NCBI GenBank assembly: GCA_964016885.1
Contig: OZ024744.1
Location: forward strand, 105,276,001 to 105,340,000
Direction of reading: 5' to 3'
Length of the DNA: 64,000 bases
Source: Eledone cirrhosa
Taxonomy: Eukaryota
Positions 27,201 to 41,639 of this stretch are shown one piece after another. Both the position numbers and the translations under genes were made by a program. The notes beneath the pieces are model-generated. The model did no database searches. It was not told the origin of the DNA and worked only from the letters and a program-made list of their open reading frames with translations. Numbering within the stretch: the first letter of the stretch is position 1; each line of letters opens with the position of its first letter.

Positions 27201-30200
27201 GACTAGTCTGTGTCTACAGTTGTATGCCTTCTCTGACTAGTCTGTGTCTACGGTTGTATGCCGTCTATGACTAGTCTGTGTCTACGGTTGTATGCCGTCT
27301 ATGACTAGTCTGTGTCTACGGTTGTATGCCGTCTATGACTAGTCTGTGTCTACAGTTGTATGCCGTCTATGGCTAGTCTGTGTCTACGGTTGTATGCCGT
27401 CTATGACTAGTCTGTGTCTACAGTTTTATGCCGTCTCTGACTAGTCTGTGTCTACGGTTGTATGCCGTCTATGACTGGTCTGTGTCTACGGTTGTATGCC
27501 GTCTATGACTAGTCTGTGTCTACAGTTGTATGCCGTCTATGACTAGTCTGTGTCTACTGTTGTATGCCGTCTATGACTAGTCTGTGTGTACGGTTGTATG
27601 CCGTCTATGACTAGTCCTTTTGTACGGTTGTATGCCGTCTATGACTAGTCTCTGTGTACGGTTGAATGCCGTCTATGACTAGTCTGTGTCTACGGTTGTA
27701 TGCCGTCTATGACTAGTCTGTGTGTACGGTTGTATGCCGTCTATGACTAGTCTGTGTCTACGGTTGTATGCCGTCTATGACTAGTCTGATCCACGGTTGT
27801 ATGCCGTCTATGACTAGTCTGATCCACTGTTGTATGCCGTCTATGACTAGTCTGTGTCTACGGTTGTATGGCGTCTATGACTAGTCTGTGTCTACCGTTG
27901 TATGCCAACTATGACTAGTCTGTGTCTACAGTTGTATGCCATCTATGACTAGTCTGTGTCAACAGTTGTATACCGTCTATGACTAGTCTGTGTCTACGGT
28001 TGTATGCCGTCTATGACTAGTCTGTGTGTACGGTTGTATGCCGTCTATGACTAGTCTGTGTGTACGGTTGTATGCCGTCTATGACTAGTCTGTGTGTACG
28101 GTTGTATGCCGTCTATGACTAGTCTGTGTGTACGGTTGTATGCCGTCTATGACTAGTCTGAGTCTACGGTTGTATGCCGTCTATGACTAGTCTGTGTGTA
28201 CGGTTCTGTGCCGTCTATGACTAGTCTGTGTCTAGGGTTGTATGCCGTCTATGACTAGTCTGTGTGTACGGTTGTATTCCGTCTATGACTAGTCTGTGTG
28301 TACGGTTCTATGCCGTCTATGACTAGTCTGTGTCTAGGGTTGTATGCCGTCTATGACTAGTCTGTGTGTACGGTTGTATGCCGTCTATGACTAGTCTGTG
28401 TATACGGTTGTATGCCGTCTATGACTAGTCTGTGTCTACGGTTGTATGCCGTCTATGACTAGTCTGTGTCTACAGTTGTATGCCGTCTATGACTAGTCTG
28501 TGTCTACGGTTGTATGCCGTCTATGACTAGTCTGTGTCTACAGTTGTATGCCGTCTCTGACTAGTCTGTGTCTACGGTTGTATGCCGTCTATGACTAGTC
28601 TGTGTCTACGGTTGTATTCCGTCTATGACTAGTCTGTGTCTACGGTTTATGCCGTCTATGACTAGTCTGTGTCTACGGTTGTATGCCATCTATGACTAGT
28701 CTGTGTGTACGGTTGTATGCCGTCTATGACTAGTCTGTGTCTACGGTTGTATGCCGTCTATGACTAGTCTGTGTGTAATGTTGTATGCCGTCTATGACTA
28801 GTCTGTGTCTACGCTTGTATGCCGTCTATGACTAGAATGTGTCTACGGCTGTATGCCATCTATGACTAGTCTGTGTGTAATGTTGTATGCCGTCTATGAC
28901 TAGTCTGTGTCTACGCTTGTATGCCGTCTATGACTAGTCTGTGTGTACGGTTGTATGCCGTCTATGACTAGTCTGTGTCTACGGTTGTATGCCGTCTATG
29001 ACTTGTCTGTGTCTACGGTTGTATGCCCTCTTTGACTAGTCTGTGTCTACGGTTGTATGCCGTCTATGACTAGTCTGTGTCTACTGTTGTATGCAGTCTA
29101 TGACTAGTCTGTGTCTACGGTTGTATGCCGTCTATGACTAGTCTGTGTCTACGGTTGTATGCTGTCTATGACTAGTCTGTGTCTACGGTTGTATGCCGTC
29201 TATGACTAGTCTGTGTCTACGGTTGTATGCCGTCTATGACTAGTCTGTGTCTACGGTTGTATGCCGTCTATGTCTAGTCTGAGTCTACGGTTGTAGGCAG
29301 TCTATGACTAGTCTGTGTCTACGGTTGTATGCCGTCTATGACTAGTCTGTGTCTACGGTTGTATGCCGTCTATGACTAGTGTTTGTCTACAGTTGTATGC
29401 CGTCTATGACTAGTCTGTGTCTACAGTTGTATGCCGTCTATGACTAGTCTGTGTCTACGGTTGTATGCCGTCTATGACTAGTCTGTGTCTACGGTTGTAT
29501 GCCGTCTATGACTATTCTGTGTCAACGGTTGTATGCTGTCTATGACTAGTCTTTGTGTACGGTTGTATGCAGTCTATGACTAGTCTGTGTCTACTGTTGT
29601 ATGCCGTCTGTGACTAGTCTGTGTGTACGGTTGTATGCAGTCTATGACTAGTCTGTGTTTACGGTTGTATGCCGTCTATGGCTAGTCTGTGTGTACGGTT
29701 GTATGCCGTCTATGACTAGTCTGTGTCTACAGTTGTATGCCGTCTATGACTAGTCTGTGTCTACAGTTGTATGCCGTCTATGACTAGTCTGTGTCTACGG
29801 TTGTATGCCGTCTATGACTAGTCTGTGTCTACAGTTGTATGCCGTCTATGACTAGTTTGTGTCTACTGTTGTATACCGTCTATGACTAGTCTGTGTCTAC
29901 GGTTGTATGCAGTCTATGACTAGTCTGTGTCTACGGTTGTATGCCGTCTATGATTAGTCTGTGTCTACGGTTGTATGCCGTCTATGACTAGTCAGTGTCT
30001 ACAGTTGTATGCCGTCTATGACTAGTCTGTGTCTTCGGTTGTATGCCGTCTATGACTAGTCTGTCTACGGTTGTATGCCGTCTATGACTAGTCTGTGTCT
30101 ACAGTTGTATGCCGTCTATGACTAGTCTGTGTCTACGGTTGTATGCCGTCTATGACTATTCTGTGTCTATGGCTGAATGCCGTCTATGACTAGTCTGTGT

Positions 30201-33200
30201 CTACGGTTGTATGCCGTTATGACTAGTCTGATCCACGGTTGTATGCCGTCTATGACTAGTCTGATCCACTGTTGTATGCCGTCTATGACTAGTCTGTGTC
30301 TTCAGTTGTATGCCGTTTATGAGTAGTCTGTGTGTACGGTTGTATGCCGTCTATGACTAGTCTGTGTCTACGGTTGTATGCCGTCTATGACTAGTCTGTG
30401 TCTACGGTTGTATGCCGTCTATGACTAGTCTGTGTCTACGGTTGTATGCAGTCTATGACTAGTCTGTGTGTTCGGTTGTATGCCGTCTATGACTAGTCTG
30501 AATCTACGGTTGTATGCAGTCTATGACTAGTCTGTGTCTACAGTTGTATGCCGTTTATGACTAGTCTGTGTGTACGGTTGTATGCCGTCTATGACTAGTT
30601 TGTGTCTACAGTTGTATGCCGTCTATGACTAGTCTGTGTCTACAGTTGTATACCGTCTATGACTTGTCTATGTCTACAGTTGTATGCCGTCTATCACTAG
30701 TCTGTGTCTACGGTTGTATGCCGTCTATGACTAGTCTGTGTCTACGGTTGTATGCCGTCTATGACTAGTCTGTGTCTACGGTTGTATGCTGTCTATGACT
30801 AGTCTGTGTCTACTGCTGTATGCAGTCTATGACTAGTCTGTGTCTACGGTTGTATGCAGGCTATGACTAGTCTGTGTCTACGGTTGTATGCCGTCTATGA
30901 CTAGTCTGTTTGTACGGTTGTATGCCGTCTATGACTAGTCTTTGTGTACGGTTGTATGCCGTCTATGACTAGTCTGTGTGTACGGTTGAATGCCGTCTAT
31001 GACTAGTCTGTGTCTACGGTTGTATGCCGTCTATGACTAGTCTGTGTGTACGGTTGTATGCCGTCTATGACTAGTCTGTGTCTACGGTTGTATGCCGTCT
31101 GTGACTAGTCTGATCCACGGTTGTATGCCGTCTATGACTAGTCTGATCCACGGTTGTATGCCGTCTATGACTAGTCTGTGTCTACGGTTGTATGCAGTCT
31201 ATGACTAGTCAGTGTCTACGGTTGTATGGCGTCTATGACTAGTCTGTGTCTACGGTTGTATGCCATATATGACTAGTCTGTGTCTACAGTTGTATGCCAT
31301 CTATGACTAGTCTGTGTCAACAGTTGTATACTGTCTATGACTAGTCTGTGTCTACGGTTGTATGCCGTCTATGACTAGTCTGTGTGTACGGTTCTATGCC
31401 GTCTATGACTAGTCTGTGTGTACGGTTGTATGCCGTCTATGACTAGTCTGTGTGTACGGTTGTATGCCGTCTATGACTAGTCTGTGTGTACGGTTGTATG
31501 CCATCTATGACTAGTCTGAGTCTACGGTTGTATGCCGTCTATGACTAGTCTGTGTGTACGGTTCTATGCCGGCTATGACTAGTCTGTGTCTAGGGTTGTA
31601 TGCAGTCTATGACTAGTCTGTGTGTACGGTTGTATGCCGTCTATGACTAGTCTGTGTATACGGTTGTATGCCGTCTATGACTAGTCTGTGTCTACGGTTG
31701 TATGCCGTCTATGACTAGTCTGTGTCTACAGTTGTATGCCGTCTATGACTAGTCTGTGTCTACGGTTGTATGCTGTCTATGACTAGTCTGTGTCTACAGT
31801 TGTATGCCGTCACTGACTAGTCTGTGTCTACGGTTGTATGCCGTCTATGACTAGTCTGTGTCTACGCTTGTATGCCGTCTATGACTAGCCTGTGTCTACG
31901 GTTGTATGCCGTCTATGACTAGTCTGTGTCTACAGTTGTATGCCGTCTATGACTAGTCTGTGTCTACGGTTGTATGCCGTCTATGACTAGTCTGTGTCTA
32001 CAGATTTATGCCGTCTCTGACTAGTCTGTGTCTACGGTTGTATGCCGTCTATGCCTGGTGTGTGTCTACGGTTGTATGCCGTCTATGACTAGTCTGTGTC
32101 TACAGTTGTATGCCGTCTATGACTAGTCTGTGTCTACGGTTGTATGCTGTCTATGACTAGTCTGTGTCTACTGCTGTATGCAGTCTATGACTAGTCAGTG
32201 TCTACGGTTGTATGCAGGCTATGACTAGTCTGTGTCTACGGTTGTATGCCGTCTATGACTAGTCTGTGTGTACGGTTGTATGCCGTCTATGACTAGTCTT
32301 TGTGTACGGTTGTATGCCGTCTATGACTAGTCTGTGTGTACGGTTGAATGCCGTCTATGACTAGTCTGTGTCTACGGTTGTATGCCGTCTATGACTAGTC
32401 TGTGTGTACGGTTGTATGCCGTCTATGACTAGTCTGTGTCTACGGTTGTATGCCGTCTATGACTAGTCTGTGTGTACGGTTGTATGCCGTCTTTGACTAG
32501 TCTGTGTGTAAGGTTGTATGCCGTCTATGACTAGTCTGAGTCTACGGTTGTATGCCGTCTATGACTAGTCTGTGTGTACGGTTCTATGCCGTCTATGACT
32601 AGTCTGTGTCTAGGGTTGTATGCCGTCTATGACTAGTCTGTGTGTACGGTTGTATGCCGTCTATGACTAGTCTGTGTATACGGTTGTATGCCGTCTATGA
32701 CTAGTCTGTGTCTACGGTTGTATGCCGTCTGTGACTAGTCTGTGTCTACGGTTGTATGCCGTCTATGACTAGTCTGTGTCTACGGTTGTATGCCGTCTAT
32801 GACTAGTCTGTGTCTACAGTTGTATGCCGTCTATGACTAGTCTGTGTCTACGGTTGTATGCCGTCTATGACTAGTCTGTGTCTACAGATTTATGCCGTCT
32901 CTGACTAGTCTGTGTCTACGGTTGTATGCCGTCTATGCCTGGTATGTGTCTACGGTTGTATGCCGTCTATGACTAGTCTGTGTCTACAGTTGTATGCCGT
33001 CTATGACTAGTCTGTGTCTACGGTTGTATCCTGTCTATGACTAGTCTGTGTCTACTGTTGTATGCAGGCTAAGACTAGTCTGTGTCTACGGTTGTATGCC
33101 GTCTATGACTAGTCTGTGTGTACGGTTGTATGCCGTCTATGACTAGTCTTTGTGTACGGTTGTATGCCGTCTATGACTAGTCTGTGTGTACGGTTGAATG

Positions 33201-36200
33201 CCGTCTATGACTAGTCTGTGTCTACGGTTGTATGCCGTCTATGACTAGTCTGTGTGTACGGTTGTATGCCGTCTATGACTAGTCTGTGTCTACGGTTGTA
33301 TGCCGTCTATGACTAGTCTGTGTGTACGGTTGTATGCCGTCTATGACTAGTCTGTGTGTACGGTTGTATGCCGTCTATGACTAGTCTGAGTCTACGGTTG
33401 TATGCCGTCTATGACTAGTCTGTGTATACGATTGTATGCCGTCTATGACTAGTCTGTGTCTACGGTTGTATGCCGTCTATGACTAGTCTGTGTCTACAGT
33501 TGTATGCCGTCTATGACTAGTCTGTGTCTACGGTTTTATGCCGTCTATGACTAGTCTGTGTCTACAGTTGTATGCCTTCTCTGACTAGTCTGTGTCTACG
33601 GTTGTATGCCGTCTATGACTAGTCTGTGTCTACGGTTGTATGCTGTCTATGACTAGTCTGTGTCTACGGTTGTATGCCGTCTATGACTAGTCTGTGTCTA
33701 CAGTTGTATGCCGTCTATGGCTAGTCTGTGTCTACGGTTGTATGCCGTCTATGACTAGTCTGTGTCTACAGATTTATGCCGTCTCTGACTAGTCTGTGTC
33801 TACGGTTGTATGCCGTCTATGACTGGTCTGTGTCTACGGTTGTATGCCGTCTATGACTAGTCTGTGTCTACAGTTGTATGCCGTCTATGACTAGTCTGTG
33901 TCTACGGTTGTATGCCGTCTATGACTAGTCTGTGTCTACAGTTGTATGCCGTCTCTAACTAGTCTGTGTCTACGGTTGTATGCCATCTATGACTAGTCTG
34001 TGTCTACGGTTGTATGCCGTCTATGACTAGTCTGAGTCTACGGTTGTATGCAGTCTATGACTAGTCTGTGTCTACAGTTGTATGCCGTTTATGACTAGTC
34101 TGTGTGTACGGTTGTATGCCGTCTATGACTAGTCTGTGTCTACAGTTGTATGCCGTCTATGACTAGTCTGTGTCTACAGTTGTATACCGTCTATGACTTG
34201 TCTATGTCTACAGTTGTATGCCGTCTATGACTAGTCTGTGTCTACGGTTGTATGCCGTCTATGACTAGTCTGTGTCTACGGTTGTATGCCGTCTATGACT
34301 AGTCTGTGTCTACGGTTGTATGCTGTCTATGACTAGTCTGTGTCTACTGCTGTATGCAGTCTATGACTAGTCTGTGTCTACGGTTGTATGCAGGCTATGA
34401 CTAGTCTGTGTCTACTGTTGTATGCCGTCTATGACTAGTCTGTGTGTACGGTTGTATGCCGTCTATGACTAGTCCTTGTGTACGGTTGTATGCCGTCTAT
34501 GACTAGTCTCTGTGTACGGTTGAATGCCGTCTATGACTAGTCTGTGTCTACGGTTGTATGCCGTCTATGACTAGTCTGTGTGTACGGTTGTATGCCGTCT
34601 ATGACTAGTCTGTGTCTACGGTTGTATGCCGTCTATGACTAGTCTGATCCACGGTTGTATGCCGTCTATGACTAGTCTGATCCACTGTTGTATGCCGTCT
34701 ATGACTAGTCTGTGTCTACGGTTGTATGCAGTCTATGACTAGTCAGTGTCTACGATTGTATGGCGTCTATGACTAGTCTGTGTCTACCGTTGTATGCCAT
34801 CTATGACTAGTCTGTGTCTACAGTTGTATGCCATCTATGACTAGTCTGTGTCAACAGTTGTATACCGTCTATGACTAGTCTGTGTCTACGGTTGTATGCC
34901 GTCTATGACTAGTCTGTGTGTACGGTTGTATGCCGTCTATGACTAGTCTGTGTGTACGGTTGTATGCCGTCTATGACTAGTCTGTGTGTACGGTTGTATG
35001 CCGTCTATGAGTAGTCTGTGTGTACGGTTGTATGCCGTCTATGACTAGTCTGAGTCTACGGTTGTATGCCGTCTATGACTAGTCGGTGTGTACGGTTCTA
35101 TGCCGTCTATGACTAGTATGTGTCTAGGGTTGTATGCCGTCTATGACTAGTCTGTGTGTACGGTTGTATTCCGTCTATGACTAGTCTGTGTGTATGGTTC
35201 TATGCCGTCTATGACTAGTCTGTGTCTAGGGTTGTATGCCGTCTATGACTAGTCTGTGTGTACGGTTGTATGCCGTCTATGACTAGTCTGTGTATACGGT
35301 TGTATGCCGTCTATGACTAGTCTGTGTCTACGGTTGTATGCCGTCTATGACTAGTCTGTGTCTACAGTTGTATGCCGTCTATGACTAGTCTGTGTCTACG
35401 GTTGTATGCCGTCTATGACTAGTCTGTGTCTACAGTTGTATGCCGTCTCTGACTAGTCTGTGTCTACGGTTGTATGCCGTCTATGACTAGTCTGTGTCTA
35501 CGGTTGTATTCCGTCTATGACTAGTCTGTGTCTACGGTTTATGCCGTCTATGACTAGTCTGTGTCTACGGTTGTATGCCATCTATGACTAGTCTGTGTGT
35601 ACGGTTGTATGCCGTCTATGACTAGTCTGTGTCTACGGTTGTATGCCGTCTATGACTAGTCTGTGTGTAATGTTGTATGCCGTCTATGACTAGTCTGTGT
35701 CTACGGTTGTATGCCGTCTATGACTAGTCTGTATCTACGCTTGTATGCCGTCTATGACTAGAATGTGTCTACGGCTGTATGCCATCTATGACTAGTCTGT
35801 GTGTAATGTTGTATGCCGTCTATGACTAGTCTGTGTGTACGGTTGTATGCCGTCTATGACTAGTCTGTGTCTACGGTTGTATGCCGTCTATGACTAGTCT
35901 GTGTCTACGGTTGTATGCCCTCTTTGACTAGTCTGTGTCTACGGTTGTATGCCGTCTATGACTAGTCTGTGTCTACTGTTGTATGCAGTCTATGACTAGT
36001 CTGTGTCTACGGTTGTATGCCGTCTATGACTAGTCTGTGTCTACGGTTGTATGCTGTCTATGACTAGTCTGTGTCTACGGTTGTATGCCGTCTATGACTA
36101 GTCTGTGTCTACGGTTGTATGCCGTCTATGACTAGTCTGTGTCTACGGTTGTATGCCGTCTATGTCTAGTCTGAGTCTACGGTTGTAGGCAGTCTATGAC

Positions 36201-39200
36201 TAGTCTGTGTCTACGGTTGTATGCCGTCTATGACTAGTCTGTGTCTACGGTTGTATGCCGTCTATGACTAGTGTGTGTCTACAGTTGTATGCCGTCTATG
36301 ACTAGTCTGTGTCTACAGTTGTATGCCGTCTATGACTAGTCTGTGTCTACGGTTGTATGCCGTCTATGACTAGTCTGTGTCTATGGTTGTATGCCGTCTA
36401 TGACTATTCTGTGTCAACGGTTGTATGCTGTCTATGACTAGTCTGTGTGTACGGTTGTATGCAGTCTATGACTAGTCTGTGTCTACTGTTGTATGCCGTC
36501 TGTGACTAGTCTGTGTGTACGGTTGTATGCAGTCTATGACTAGTCTGTGTCTACGGTTGTATGCCGTCTATGGCTAGTCTGTGTGTACGGTTGTATGCCG
36601 TCTATGACTAGTCTGTGTCTACAGTTGTATGCCGTCTATGACTAGTCTGTGTCTACAGTTGTATGCCGTCTGTGACTAGTCTGTGTCTACGGTTGTATGC
36701 CGTCTATGACTAGTCTGTGTCTACAGTTGTATGCCGTCTATGACTAGTTTGTGTCTACTGTTGTATACCGTCTATGACTAGTCTGTGTCTACGGTTGTAT
36801 GCAGTCTATGACTAGTCTGTGTCTGCGGTTGTATGCCGTCTATGATTAGTCTGTGTCTACGGTTGTATGCCGTCTATGACTAGTCAGTGTCTACAGTTGT
36901 ATGCCGTCTATGACTAGTCTGTGTCTTCGGTTGTATGCCGTCTATGACTAGTCTGTCTACGGTTGTATGCCGTCTATGACTAGTCTGTGTCTACAGTTGT
37001 ATGCCGTCTATGACTAGTCTGTGTCTACGGTTGTATGCCGTCTATGACTATTCTGTGTCTATGGTTGAATGCCGTCTATGACTAGTCTGTGTCTACGGTT
37101 GTATGCCGTTATGACTAGTCTGATCCACGGTTGTATGCCGTCTATGACTAGTCTGATCCACTGTTGTATGCCGTCTATGACTAGTCTGTGTCTTCAGTTG
37201 TATGCCGTTTATGAGTAGTCTGTGTGTACGGTTGTATGCCGTCTATGACTAGTCTGTGTCTACGGTTGTATGCCGTCTATGACTAGTCTGTGTCTACGGT
37301 TGTATGCCGTCTATGACTAGTCTGTGTCTACGGTTGTATGCAGTCTATGACTAGTCTGTGTGTTCGGTTGTATGCCGTCTATGACTAGTCTGAATCTACG
37401 GTTGTATGCAGTCTATGACTAGTCTGTGTCTACAGTTGTATGCCGTTTATGACTAGTCTGTGTGTACGGTTGTATGCCGTCTATGACTAGTTTGTGTCTA
37501 CAGTTGTATGCCGTCTATGACTAGTCTGTGTCTACAGTTGTATACCGTCTATGACTTGTCTATGTCTACAGTTGTATGCCGTCTATCACTAGTCTGTGTC
37601 TACGGTTGTATGCCGTCTATGACTAGTCTGTGTCTACGGTTGTATGCTGTCTATGACTAGTCTGTGTCTACTACTGTATGCAGTCTATGACTAGTCTGTG
37701 TCTACGGTTGTATGCAGGCTATGACTAGTCTGTGTCTACGGTTGTATGCCGTCTATGACTAGTCTGTTTGTACGGTTGTATGCCGTCTATGACTAGTCTT
37801 TGTGTACGGTTGTATGCCGTCTATGACTAGTCTGTGTGTACGGTTGAATGCCGTCTATGACTAGTCTGTGTCTACGGTTGTATGCCGTCTATGACTAGTC
37901 TGTGTGTACGGTTGTATGCCGTCTATGACTAGTCTGTGTCTACGGTTGTATGCCGTCTGTGACTAGTCTGATCCACGGTTGTATGCCGTCTATGACTAGT
38001 CTGATCCACGGTTGTATGCCGTCTATGACTAGTCTGTGTCTACGGTTGTATGCAGTCTATGACTAGTCAGTGTCTACGGTTGTATGGCGTCTATGACTAG
38101 TCTGTGTCTACGGTTGTATGCCATATATGACTAGTCTGTGTCTACAGTTGTATGCCATCTATGACTAGTCTGTGTCAACAGTTGTATACTGTCTATGACT
38201 AGTCTGTGTCTACGGTTGTATGCCGTCTATGACTAGTCTGTGTGTACGGTTCTATGCCGTCTATGACTAGTCTGTGTGTACGGTTGTATGCAGTCTATGA
38301 CTAGTCTGTGTGTACGGTTGTATGCCGTCTATGACTAGTCTGTGTGTACGGTTTTATGCCGTCTATGACTAGTCTGAGTCTACGGTTGTATGCCGTCTAT
38401 GACTAGTCTGTGTGTACGGTTCTATGCCGGCTATGACTAGTCTGTGTCTAGGGTTGTATGCAGTCTATGACTAGTCTGTGTGTACGGTTGTATGCCGTCT
38501 ATGACTAGTCTGTGTATACGGTTGTATGCCGTCTATGACTAGTCTGTGTCTACGGTTGTATGCCGTCTATGACTAGTCTGTGTCTACAGTTGTATGCCGT
38601 CTATGACTAGTCTGTGTCTACGGTTGTATGCTGTCTATGACTAGTCTGTGTCTACAGTTGTATGCCGTCACTGACTAGTCTGTGTCTACGGTTGTATGCC
38701 GTCTATGACTAGTCTGTGTCTACGGTTGTATGCCGTCTATGACTAGTCTGTGTCTACGGTTGTATGCCGTCTATGACTAGTCTGTGTCTACAGTTGTATG
38801 CCGTCTATGACTAGTCTGTGTCTACGGTTGTATGCCGTCTATGACTAGTCTGTGTCTACAGATTTATGCCGTCTCTGACTGTCTGTGTCTACGGTTGTAT
38901 GCCGTCTATGCCTGGTCTGTGTCTACGGTTGTATGCCGTCTATGACTAGTCTGTGTCTACAGTTGTATGCCGTCTATGACTAGTCTGTGTCTACGGTTGT
39001 ATGCTGTCTATGACTAGTCTGTGTCTACTGCTGTATGCAGTCTATGACTAGTCAGTGTCTACGGTTGTATGCAGGCTATGACTAGTCTGTGTCTACGGTT
39101 GTATGCCGTCTATGACTAGTCTGTGTGTACGGTTGTATGCCGTCTATGACTAGTCTTTGTGTACGGTTGTATGCCGTCTATGACTAGTCTGTGTGTACGG

Positions 39201-40546
39201 TTGAATGCCGTCTATGACTAGTCTGTGTCTACGGTTGTATGCCGTCTATGACTAGTCTGTGTGTACGGTTGTATGCCGTCTATGACTAGTCTGTGTCTAC
39301 GGTTGTATGCCGTCTATGACTAGTCTGTGTGTACGGTTGTATGCCGTCTTTGACTAGTCTGTGTGTAAGGTTGTATGCCGTCTATGACTAGTCTGAATCT
39401 ACGGTTGTATGCCGTCTATGACTAGTCTGTGTGTACGGTTCTATGCCGTCTATGACTAGTCTGTGTCTACGGTTGTATGCCGTCTATGACTAGTCTGTGT
39501 CTACGGTTGTATGCCGTCTATGACTAGTCTGTGTCTACAGTTGTATGCCGTCTATGACTAGTCTGTGTCTACGGTTGTATGCCGTCTATGACTAGTCTTT
39601 GTCTACGGTTGTATGCCGTCTATGACTAGTCTGTGTCTACAGTTTTATGCCGTCTCTGACTAGTCTGTGTCTACGGTTGTATGCCGTCTATGACTGGTCT
39701 GTGTCTACGGTTGTATGCCGTCTATGACTAGTCTGTGTCTACGGTTGTATGCCGTCTATGACTAGTCTGTGTCTACAGTTGTAGGCCGTCTTTGACTAGT
39801 CTGTGTCTACGGTTGTATGCCGTCTATGACTAGTCTGTGTCTACGGTTGTATGCAGTCTATGACTAGTCTGAGTCTACGGTTGTATGCAGTCTAAGACTA
39901 GTCTGTGTCTACAGTTGTATGCCGTTTATGACTAGTCTATGTGTACGGTTGTATGCCGTCTATGACTAGTCTGTGTCTACAGTTGTATGCCGTCTATGAC
40001 TAGTCTGTGTCTACAGTTGTATACCGTCTATGACTAGTCTGTGTCTACGGTTGTATGCCGTCTATGACTAGTCTGTGTCTACAGTTGTATGCCGTCTATG
40101 ACTAGTCTGTGTCTACAGTTGTATGCCGTCTATGACTAGTCTGTGTCTACGGTTGTATGCCGTCTATGACTAGTCTGTGTCTACGGTTGTATGCCGTCTA
40201 TGACTAGTCTGTGTCTACAGTTGTGTGCCGTCTATGACTAGTTTGTGTCTACTGTTGTATACCGTCTATGACTAGTCTGTGTCTACGGTTGTATGCAATC
40301 TATGACTAGTCTGTGTCTACGGTTGTATGCCGTCTATGACTAGTCTGTCTACGGTTGTATGCCGTCTATGACTAGTCTGTGTCTACAGTTGTATGCCGTC
40401 TATGACTAGTCTGTGTCTACGGTTGTATGCCGTCTATGACTATTCTGTGTCTATGGTTGAATGCCGTCTATGACTAGTCTGTGTCTACGGTTGTATGCCG
40501 TTATGACTAGTCTGATCCGCGGTTGTATGCCGTCTATGACTAGTCT
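24218..40546. repeat. 16.4 kb higher-order unit, copy 2 (16,329 bp, two monomers shorter)
   Basis: Same variant order as copy 1. The terminal marker GATCCGCGG is at 24185 and 40514 (offset 16,329 = 16,397 - 2x34). Monomers are missing near 35820 and 37600. Confidence 0.92.
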
Positions 40547-41639
40547 GATCCACGGTTGTATGCCGTCTATGACTCGTCTGTGTCTTCAGTTGTATGCCGT
40601 TTATGAGTAGTCTGTGTGTACGGTTGTATGCCGTCTATGACTAGTCTGTGTCTACGGTTGTATGCCGTCTATGACTAGTCTGTGTCTACGGTTGTATGCC
40701 GTCTATGACTAGTCTGTGTCTTCGGTTGTATGCAGTCTATGACTAGTCTGTGTGTTCGGTTGTATGCCGTCTATGACTAGTCTGAGTCTACGGTTGTATG
40801 CAGTCTATGACTAGTCTGTGTCTACAGTTGTATGCCGTTTATGACTAGTCTGTGTGTACGGTTGTATGCCGTCTATGACTAGTCTGTGTCTACAGTTGTA
40901 TGCCGTCTATGACTAGTCTGTGTCTATAGTTGTATACCGTCTATGACTTGTCTATGTCTACAGTTGTATGCCGTCTATGACTAGTCTGTGTCTACGGTTG
41001 TATGCCGTCTATGACTAGTCTGTGTCTACGGTTGTATGCCGTCTATGACTAGTCTGTGTCTACGGTTGTATGCTGTCTATGACTAGTCTGTGTCTACTGC
41101 TGTATGCAGTCTATGACTAGTCTGTGTCTACGGTTGTATGCCGTCTATGACTAGTCTGTTTGTACGGTTGTATGCCGTCTATGACTAGTCTTTGTGTACG
41201 GTTGTATGCCGTCTATGACTAGTCTGTGTGTACGGTTGAATGCCGTCTATGACTAGTCTGTGTCTACGGTTGTATGCCGTCTATGACTAGTCTGTGTGTA
41301 CGGTTGTATGCCGTCTATGACTAGTCTGTGTCTACGGTTGTATGCCGTCTATGACTAGTCTGATCCACGGTTGTATGCCGTCTATGACTAGTCTGATCCA
41401 CGGTTGTATGCCGTCTATGACTAGTCTGTGTCTACGGTTGTATGCAGTCTATAACTAGTCAGTGTCTACGGTTGTATGGCGTCTATGACTAGTCTGTGTC
41501 TACGGTTGTATGCCATCTATGACTAGTCTGTGTCTACAGTTGTATGCCATCTATAACTAGTCTGTGTCAACAGTTGTATACTGTCTATGACTAGTCTGTG
41601 TCTACGGTTGTATGCCGTCTATGACTAGTCTGTGTGTAC

